From: an uncultured bacterium
Lineage (GTDB): Bacteria > Margulisbacteria > WOR-1 > CAVSGV01
Direction of reading: 5' to 3'
DNA length: 32,000 bases
NCBI GenBank assembly: GCA_963699255.1
Contig: OY969425.1
Location: 1,200,001 to 1,232,000 of the forward strand
Below the pieces are notes generated by a model, which searched no databases, was not told the origin of the DNA, and saw only the letters and a program-made list of their open reading frames with translations. Numbering within the stretch: position 1 is the first letter of the stretch; the number at the start of each line of letters is the position of its first letter. Both the position numbers and the translations under genes were made by a program. Positions 7,420 to 13,417 of the stretch are shown here, piece after piece.

Positions 7420-9533
7420 ACCCGTACGCACTCCCCCCTTTCATATCGTGTATTCTGGCAATAACAATTGGATGTTTCGTATTATCAAGAAATGTAAAAT
7501 CAAAAGACAATATTACTTTTAGCTTATTATGCTTTAGCACCGCACTTTGGCTTGCCGGTTACACGATCATGTATTTAAGTACGGATAGTATTCAAGCTTT
7601 AAGATGGGCACGGGTAGGTTTTTCCGGAATTATTTTTATCCCTATTTTTGCATATCACTTTGTAACCTCTTATATTAAAAAGCCGCCAAAAGCATGGGTC
7701 TTCCCGCTCCTATATGGTTTAGGATTATTTTCCGTTTATCTTGGCCAAACAAATTATGTATACTCAGGCATATCAAGATACTTTTGGGGATTTTATCCGG
7801 ATGCCGGCCCAATATATTTTATCTTTCCGGTAAGTTATGTCCTACTTTTTTCCTATGCCACATTCCTGCTCTTTCTGGCCTACCTTCAGGCATTAAAGGC
7901 TAAAGAATACAGGGTCATCCAACAATTGCGCTATGTTTTTATTGCTATTGGGGGCGCAATCCCAGCTGTTGTAGATTATATTATCAAATACAAGATTGAA
8001 ATATACCCGTTCGGATATATTTCTGCGCTGTTTTTCATTTTTGTTATGACATATGCCATTGTTAAAACTCGCCTCATGGACATCGAATTTGTCATTAAGA
8101 GAAGCTTTGTTTATTCGGTCCTAACCGCCCTGATCATCGGGATATATACTCTTATAATATTCGTGTCTCAGGAGTTTTTCGGTAATCTTATCGGCATAAG
8201 ATGGGTGCTCACATTGCTAGGTTCGGCGATGATAGCGATCGGATTTAAACCTCTCGAAACCGCTTTTACCAACTTTACCGATAAATATTTCTTCCAGGGA
8301 AAATATGACTACCACAAGGTGCTAAAAGACCTATCCCGGGGAATGGCCGAGCTCACAAGCCTGGAGAGGCTGACAAAATTGATAACAAGGATAGTAATGA
8401 AGAACGTCAAACTGTCAGGAGCCATGCTTTTCGTTTACGACTATAACGCTAACTTATTCCGCGCCGTGGCGGCGCAGGGCGACATGAAAGAGTTCAAGAA
8501 CGCCGAGCTCGTGAAAACAGACAACCTGGTCAGGTACATGGACGAAAAAGGGGATGTCCTGATAAAAGGGGAAGTCGCCCATGAGATGGATAACAATCAG
8601 GCCCTTGATACTCACAGGAAATTCCTAAAATCGATCCTGAACCAGATGAATAAGTTCAAGGCCGTCCTATGCGTGCCCAGCAAGATCGGAGATAAGCTGA
8701 TGGGCTTCATACTCCTTTCCGAGAAAAAATCCCAGGACGCATATTCCACCGAAGACCTTATGCTCTTCCAGACCCTGGCCCCGCAGGCCGCCATCGCTAT
8801 GAAGAACGCCATGACCTATGACGAGATCAGGAAGGACTTTGAAAAGGAACATGAGAAAGTTGAGAGCATAGAGAAGCAGCTGGAGCGCTCCGAACGGCTT
8901 GCCTCGCTCGGGACGGTGGCCGCCGGCGTGGCGCACGAGATCAGGAACCCGCTGGGGATGATCCAGATAAAGACCGATAAGCTCGCCGTCGACCAGATCA
9001 ATGAAGAAACGCTGAAGGAATTCAAAGCTTCTGTCACAAGCAATATAGAACGCTCAACGAACATCATCAGGAGCATGCTCGACCTCGCAAAATCAAAAGA
9101 AAAAAAATACGAGAAGGTGGACCTGAACGGGGTGATCGAATCCGCGCTTCAGTTCTTCCCTTTAACCGGGATCAAGCTGGTAAAGGAACTGGGCCCGATC
9201 TCGAACATTAACGGGGACGCGGAGGAATTAAAACAGGTACTCGTCAATTTGATAGACAATGCCGTGAAAGCCATGCCAACCGGCGGGAACCTGAAGGTCG
9301 TTTCACGGCAGGAAGAGAACAGGATCACCATAGATGTCACCGATACCGGAGTGGGGATCCCGAAAGAAGATTTTGAAAGGATATTCGATCCGTTCTTTTC
9401 CACAAGGCATGAAGGGACCGGGCTCGGTCTCTCTATCGCCTACAGGATAATAAGGGAACACGGCGGGAGCATCAAGGTTGAGAGCAAGGTCGGGGAAGGG
9501 TCTACTTTTCAGTTACAGTTTACAACAGCTTAG
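7416..9533 (+). CDS. Sensor histidine kinase paralog: 7TM sensor, GAF, HisKA, HATPase_c
   Basis: 705 aa with the same architecture as 4079-6142. The H-box is HEIRNPLGMIQ, the N-box is NLIDNAVKAM, and G-boxes are DTGVGI and GTGLGLS. The start overlaps the SDR stop (ATGA at 7416-7419), with a GGAG RBS 5 nt upstream. Confidence 0.9.
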   Translation: MNPYALPPFISCILAITIGCFVLSRNVKSKDNITFSLLCFSTALWLAGYTIMYLSTDSIQALRWARVGFSGIIFIPIFAYHFVTSYIKKPPKAWVFPLLYGLGLFSVYLGQTNYVYSGISRYFWGFYPDAGPIYFIFPVSYVLLFSYATFLLFLAYLQALKAKEYRVIQQLRYVFIAIGGAIPAVVDYIIKYKIEIYPFGYISALFFIFVMTYAIVKTRLMDIEFVIKRSFVYSVLTALIIGIYTLIIFVSQEFFGNLIGIRWVLTLLGSAMIAIGFKPLETAFTNFTDKYFFQGKYDYHKVLKDLSRGMAELTSLERLTKLITRIVMKNVKLSGAMLFVYDYNANLFRAVAAQGDMKEFKNAELVKTDNLVRYMDEKGDVLIKGEVAHEMDNNQALDTHRKFLKSILNQMNKFKAVLCVPSKIGDKLMGFILLSEKKSQDAYSTEDLMLFQTLAPQAAIAMKNAMTYDEIRKDFEKEHEKVESIEKQLERSERLASLGTVAAGVAHEIRNPLGMIQIKTDKLAVDQINEETLKEFKASVTSNIERSTNIIRSMLDLAKSKEKKYEKVDLNGVIESALQFFPLTGIKLVKELGPISNINGDAEELKQVLVNLIDNAVKAMPTGGNLKVVSRQEENRITIDVTDTGVGIPKEDFERIFDPFFSTRHEGTGLGLSIAYRIIREHGGSIKVESKVGEGSTFQLQFTTA

Positions 9534-9712
9534 TATCCCACTTCCACAATGCAACATCCAATTACTGATGAATGCCCTTATTAAAAGTAATTTGTTCCTT
9601 GTAAATTTATAAACGATTTTCTTAATGCAAATAACAGAACACTTAAGGCATTTCCTTCTTACTTTCTTTTGCTTGACCATTTGTTGTGTGTTTGCTATTT
9701 CTGGTCGACATT

Positions 9713-9730
9713 TGAGGGGCAAGCCCCTCA
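9713..9730. repeat. GC-rich palindrome TGAGGGGC-AA-GCCCCTCA
   Basis: Read directly from the sequence. It lies in the 630-bp non-coding gap and is not followed by a T-run on either strand. Confidence 0.6.
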
Positions 9731-9947
9731 ACGCTCCGCTACTCCCCAATATTCACTTATCTTTTTGAAATAGATATATTCGCAGCCCTAGAAACGCGTT
9801 TGATCTGGCCAGTTAGCCAATCGCGCTTTCACCATATTAACTATGCCTGCCAAAATTAATATGCGTTTAATCCTTGTTAGGCCTTCTGTCTGAGCCGCAC
9901 GAGGCCGAGTTTGTCGAGGACGAGAAGGCGAGTCAAGGCCGTGGGGT

Positions 9948-10010
9948 GCAGGGGCATGCCCCTGCCGGCGTTCTTTGCTTACTTTCTTTCGCTACAGAAG
10001 GAAAGTAAGC
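9948..10010. repeat. Perfect 18-nt palindrome GCAGGGGCATGCCCCTGC (9948-9965), followed by a 14-bp stem / 6-nt loop hairpin (9977-10010)
   Basis: GCTTACTTTCTTTC (9977-9990) pairs with GAAGGAAAGTAAGC (9997-10010), with one G-U pair at the RNA level. The loop is GCTACA. There is no flanking U-tract. Confidence 0.6.
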
Positions 10011-10164
10011 GGGATAAGGAGATGGGATCATATCGAATTTAAACAATTATCTACGGAGGGCGGAGCCTTATCGTCACGATCACTTTAGTTGATTTTTTGC
10101 GCTATTACATGGGGGGATGTTCCACTCAATTTATGTCCACTTGCCAATTGTAACTTAACGCGGT

Positions 10165-10650
10165 TTAAAAGCCCTCTTTATTGATATCTTCCCTCTTATG
10201 CTGGCCTCTCGATAGATAGTCATATATAGTGCCCTTTATCATCTCATCCGCGTGTCCGCTGAAGAAATCGTTCAGAGTGTTGATGATCTGCTCTTCCTTA
10301 AAAGGCTTCGTGATATATCCGGCCACCGATTCGGTCGCGGCGGTGAGCAGCTTCTCATCATCTTCATATGCGGTGACAAAAATGACGCCTATCTTGCTCC
10401 CGTATTTGTCGCGTACTTTTTCCACGAACTCCAGTCCGTCCATTTCCGGCATTTTTATATCAGAGAGGATGCATCCGACACGGGGGCTACCGAGGCCGAA
10501 AAAACTTTTTTTCTTCTCAAGGGCCTGGAAAGCTTCCTTCGCGGAATTCACTATGGCAACTTCGTATTTTCCGGTCTTTTTGACGGTGTCCGCGATCTCT
10601 TTCGCGTACTCCGGCTCATCCTCAACGACCAGAACAAAGGGTTTTGCCAT
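10165..10650 (-). CDS. Single-domain CheY-like response regulator receiver with a short C-terminal extension and no DNA-binding domain
   Basis: 161 aa. VLVVEDEP forms the acidic pocket, ILSDIKMPEMDG carries the phospho-acceptor Asp, and ITKPF carries the conserved Lys. Confidence 0.85.
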   Translation of the reverse strand: MAKPFVLVVEDEPEYAKEIADTVKKTGKYEVAIVNSAKEAFQALEKKKSFFGLGSPRVGCILSDIKMPEMDGLEFVEKVRDKYGSKIGVIFVTAYEDDEKLLTAATESVAGYITKPFKEEQIINTLNDFFSGHADEMIKGTIYDYLSRGQHKREDINKEGF

Positions 10651-10660
10651 ATATCTTAAA

Positions 10661-11509
10661 TTATTTTTGCCCCAGCTGGGTGATTATCGCGCTCCCGAAA
10701 CCGCACATAACGACCAGGCATTTGATAAGCCCTCCGATGAAAGGAATAAGGTCTATCAGGAAAAGGATGATCAATCCCCAGACGACCTCAATTATCATCG
10801 GCTGGTTCGGCTTCCTTAACGCCTTTGTGACCTTTTTCCCGATGAGCTGGGAAACAGCTATAGCTCCCATCGTCATGGCTATTGAAATAAGGACCATTTC
10901 AACGAGTATAAGCGGGATCCCTACAATAGATATAACGAGGATAAAAGCCACTGGAAGGATAAGTATCATCCCGAGTAACCCCCAAAGGAATGCTCTGATC
11001 CATGACCTTTCAACACAGGCCGAGATATTACCTATCTGTTGCGTGAAGAACGCGACCATAAACATTGCAAGACCTATGAACCCTATCACCATGAGAACCT
11101 TCATGAAAAGACACCCCGCGAGCCCACAAACTCCGATCATTGGTACACATGCTGGCATATTATTCACACCTTCCTTGCCTATGGCTATTTCCGTGATATT
11201 CCCCTTTATTTTCGCGCCCTCATCCTTAATAACACTGCCTCCAACGGACACGACATCCCCGGCAACCCTCGCCTTGGGGAAAAGATGCACGCTTCCAAGC
11301 ACGGCGACAACATCACCGCCGACGTCGCCCTTTACATTAATATTCCCCTTTATCGCGACAAGGTCCTTAAAAATAAGGCCCTGCCCCATGTTTATATCTT
11401 CATTGACCTTTACGACGGACGAATCCTTAACGAGCACTCTTGCGTGGGAGATAGAGACCATGGAGACCAAAAGGAACGCGGCTATGACCAGAACAAAGAA
11501 CTTTTTCAC
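10661..11509 (-). CDS. Membrane protein with an N-terminal signal/anchor, a bactofilin-like (polymer-forming, beta-helical GDV-repeat) domain and about 5 C-terminal TM helices
   Basis: 282 aa. GTG start preceded by a GGGGGAG RBS. The repeat run is VAIKGNINVKGDVGGDVVAVLGSVHLFPKARVAGDVVSVGGSVIKDEGAKIKGNI. The C-terminal half is hydrophobic. Confidence 0.55.
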   Translation of the reverse strand: MKKFFVLVIAAFLLVSMVSISHARVLVKDSSVVKVNEDINMGQGLIFKDLVAIKGNINVKGDVGGDVVAVLGSVHLFPKARVAGDVVSVGGSVIKDEGAKIKGNITEIAIGKEGVNNMPACVPMIGVCGLAGCLFMKVLMVIGFIGLAMFMVAFFTQQIGNISACVERSWIRAFLWGLLGMILILPVAFILVISIVGIPLILVEMVLISIAMTMGAIAVSQLIGKKVTKALRKPNQPMIIEVVWGLIILFLIDLIPFIGGLIKCLVVMCGFGSAIITQLGQK

Positions 11510-11536
11510 CTGACTCCCCCTTTCAAACCTCGAAAA

Positions 11537-11565
11537 ATTATAGCAAAAGAGATGTGAGATGTGAA
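11537..11565 (-). promoter_or_regulatory. Candidate internal promoter TTCACA-N17-(TGC)TATAAT for the 282-aa membrane protein gene
   Basis: On the minus strand, TTCACA is the complement of 11560-11565. After a 17-nt spacer, TGCTATAAT follows, with TATAAT the complement of 11537-11542. The -35 is embedded in the GAGAT repeat array. Confidence 0.4.
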
Positions 11566-11616
11566 GTGCGAGATGTGAAGAAACCTCTAATCTCTGATCT
11601 CTAGTCTCAAATCTCT
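11549..11616. repeat. Imperfect inverted array: GAGAT x3 on the left arm, ATCTC x3 (plus GTCTC) on the right arm
   Basis: GAGAT occurs at 11549, 11556 and 11570. ATCTC occurs at 11590, 11597 and 11611, and GTCTC at 11604. The 30-nt arms are about two thirds complementary without gaps around a 5-nt centre. On the minus strand the structure is followed by TTTT. Confidence 0.6.
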
Positions 11617-11854
11617 ACTTTTTTCTCCTCTTTGCCTTTTTAAACCAGAATTTCGGGACCTCTATCTCGATCTCTTCCCCCGGCTTATAAACGGCCGTTA
11701 ACATAAGCTCGAACCCGATTATGATCACGAAGATCGGCCAGATATATTTCCAGGCGAACCCGGGCAGTATCTCAACCGCCTGAAGCATGAGAACTATCCC
11801 GGCCAAGAACACGGTGATCCCCCAAAAGAGCCTTCTTATCGATGTAGGAGTCAT
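11615..11854 (-). CDS. Small two-TM protein of the LiaI/LiaF-like transmembrane (DUF5668-like) type with a basic C-terminal tail
   Basis: I prefer the ATG at 11854 (MTPTSIRRLFWGITVFLAGIVLMLQ...), because GAGGTG lies 5 nt upstream. The track start at 11887 has no RBS. The sequence WKYIWPIFVIIIGFELML resembles the LiaI/LiaF N-terminal TM region. Confidence 0.5.
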   Translation of the reverse strand: MTPTSIRRLFWGITVFLAGIVLMLQAVEILPGFAWKYIWPIFVIIIGFELMLTAVYKPGEEIEIEVPKFWFKKAKRRKK

Positions 11855-11893
11855 TTTCTCACCTCTCGCGCAATGATAGCATGGCACTTGTTA

Positions 11894-11923
11894 TTGGGCA
11901 AGGGTGTTGAAGCATGTTAAAAT
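11894..11923 (+). promoter_or_regulatory. Candidate promoter TTGGGC-N18-(TGT)TAAAAT directly abutting the HypC-HydE start codon
   Basis: TGTTAAAAT is at 11915-11923. The ATG at 11930 begins 7 nt after the -10. No Shine-Dalgarno sequence is present in between (ACCATC). Confidence 0.4.
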
Positions 11924-11929
11924 ACCATC

Positions 11930-13198
11930 ATGTGCTACACGATACCAGGAAAGGTCGTTGAAATTTCAGGTCATACCGCGATCATCGACTATTTCGGTGA
12001 AAAAAGGAAGGCCCTGAACGAGCTCGTGGACCTCAAGGTCGGCGATTACATCTACGCCCAGGGCGGATTCGTCATAAACACGCTCCCCGAAGCCGAAGCC
12101 TTGCAGGTGCTGGACGACTGGCGGGACATATTCTTCGCGCTCCAGAGGACGGACGTCCGCCTCTCGCGTCTCAAGCTTGACGACACAGGCGTGGACAGGT
12201 CTTTCGTCCGCATCCTTGATAAAGCGGCAGAGGCTAAGACGCTCGAAAGAGAAGAGCTGCTGGCGCTTATCCGGACAAAGAACAAAAAAGAGCTGAACCT
12301 TCTTTTCAAGGTCGCCAATTTCCTCCGGCAGAAATACCTTAAGAACGCGTGCTGCGTGCACGGGATAATCGAGTTCTCCAATTACTGCGTGAACGATTGC
12401 GAATACTGCGGGATAAGGAAAAGTGCCAAGATACCAAGATACCGGATGCCAGATATGGAAATACTTCAAGCTGTCGATGAAGCCGTTAACAAATACGGTT
12501 TCAAGGCCCTGGTGCTGCAGTCGGGTGAGGATCCCGAATTTTCAACTGACCGGCTGGCTGAAGTGATAAAAGAGATCAAAAAGAGATATGCCGTCCTTAT
12601 TTTCATATCGGTCGGGGAGATCGGCAAGCACGGCCTTCAAAAACTTTATGACGCGGGCGCCAGAGGGCTGCTTTTAAGGTTCGAGACCAGCAACCCCTGG
12701 CTATACTCGAAGCTGCACTGCGGCGACGAGCTTGAAGACAGGCTTAATGATATCAGAGATGCTTATGGGATAGGCTATCTGATACTGACGGGGGGATTGA
12801 TCGGTTTGCCCGGCCAGACCGAAGAAGATCTTTTGAACGATATCCTGCTCACGAAGGCGCTTCATGCGGAGATGTATTCATTCGGCCCTGTCCTTCCCAA
12901 TGGGCCGGAAACAGAGCTTGTGCTAAAGGTCCTTGCCGTGTCCAGGATCGTGGACCCCATGAACGCAAAGATCGTTGTTACCACCGGCTTTGAAACTCTC
13001 GAAAAGAACGCCAGGTCCCTGGGGCTTATGGCCGGCGCGAATTCGATGATGCTCAACGTGACGCCCATGAAATACAGGAAACTCTACAGCATCTATCCGA
13101 ACCGCGCCCACGAGGATGAGGAGATCGATGCTCAAATAAAGGAAGCTGTTGACCTGCTTTATTCTCTCGGAAGGGCACCTACAGATATAGGAATATAG
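11930..13198 (+). CDS. Fusion protein: N-terminal HypC/HupF-type [NiFe]-hydrogenase chaperone domain joined to a HydE-type radical SAM maturase domain
   Basis: The ORF is 422 aa and contains no internal stop. Residues 1 to ~72, MCYTIPGKVVEISGHTAIIDYFGEKRKALNELVDLKVGDYIYAQGGFVI, match the HypC hallmarks (Met-Cys N-terminus, GDY..hGGFai). The remainder matches HydE hallmarks: IIEFSNYCVNDCEYCGIRK (CX3CX2C), RYRM, LQSGEDP, LRFETSNP and GLPGQT. Confidence 0.8.
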   Translation: MCYTIPGKVVEISGHTAIIDYFGEKRKALNELVDLKVGDYIYAQGGFVINTLPEAEALQVLDDWRDIFFALQRTDVRLSRLKLDDTGVDRSFVRILDKAAEAKTLEREELLALIRTKNKKELNLLFKVANFLRQKYLKNACCVHGIIEFSNYCVNDCEYCGIRKSAKIPRYRMPDMEILQAVDEAVNKYGFKALVLQSGEDPEFSTDRLAEVIKEIKKRYAVLIFISVGEIGKHGLQKLYDAGARGLLLRFETSNPWLYSKLHCGDELEDRLNDIRDAYGIGYLILTGGLIGLPGQTEEDLLNDILLTKALHAEMYSFGPVLPNGPETELVLKVLAVSRIVDPMNAKIVVTTGFETLEKNARSLGLMAGANSMMLNVTPMKYRKLYSIYPNRAHEDEEIDAQIKEAVDLLYSLGRAPTDIGI

Positions 13199-13348
13199 GA
13201 ACAAGGGAATATGGGGATATGGTCTGGGGATTCAGGAAAAAAGGAAAGAGGAAAATAATAACACCTGATTATATGTAAGCTTCACCTGTTTTCCTTTATC
13301 CCTATTTTCCTAAACCATATCCCTATATCCCCACTTCCCAATATTCCT
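13189..13348. repeat. Long imperfect inverted repeat built from GGRATAT-type units (left arm 13189-13247, right arm 13290-13348)
   Basis: An ungapped comparison of the left arm with the reverse complement of the right arm gives 44 of 59 matching positions. This includes a perfect 10-mer, GGGATATGGT pairing with ACCATATCCC. The left arm shows about 8-nt periodicity (ATATAGGA ATATAGGA ACAAGGGA ATATGGGG ATATGG). It overlaps the last codons of the HypC-HydE gene and ends 15 nt before the -35 of the operon promoter. Confidence 0.65.
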
Positions 13349-13362
13349 TTCTCACAGTATGT

Positions 13363-13391
13363 TTGACGGCGAAGGCCATTCTTGATAAAAT
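13363..13391 (+). promoter_or_regulatory. Candidate operon promoter TTGACG-N17-(TGA)TAAAAT
   Basis: TTGACG is at 13363-13368 and TAAAAT at 13386-13391, preceded by TGA. The track's TTG start at 13382 lies inside this promoter. Confidence 0.45.
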
Positions 13392-13417
13392 CAGGTCAGT
13401 ATTCTCTCTCCAAATAT

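Noticed and set aside
9513-9749. 78-aa minus-strand ORF in the non-coding gap (MGSSGALRGLPLKCRPE...)
   Set aside because: It reads through the GC palindrome and AT-rich filler and has a Lys/Cys-rich, improbable composition. It overlaps the end of the kinase gene and has no RBS. It is most likely a spurious ORF generated by hairpin sequence.
10229-11557. Three long plus-strand ORFs (10229-10819, 10644-11513, 11039-11557) overlapping the receiver and the bactofilin-like gene
   Set aside because: They are antisense shadows of well-supported minus-strand genes. Their translations are low-complexity (Ser/Thr/Pro/Ile-rich) with no recognisable motifs and no RBS.
11549-11616. Possible miniature CRISPR array from the repeated GAGATGTGAAG units
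   Set aside because: The units are only 9-11 nt long, there are no spacers of regular length and no cas genes are nearby. The pattern is better described as an inverted pentamer array.
13382-13417. TTG start at 13382 for the AsrA-like gene, and GTG start at 6205 for the SDR gene
   Set aside because: Both fall inside the spacer or -10 region of the best promoter candidates, so they would not be transcribed. Downstream ATGs at 13418 and 6223 give conserved N-termini.
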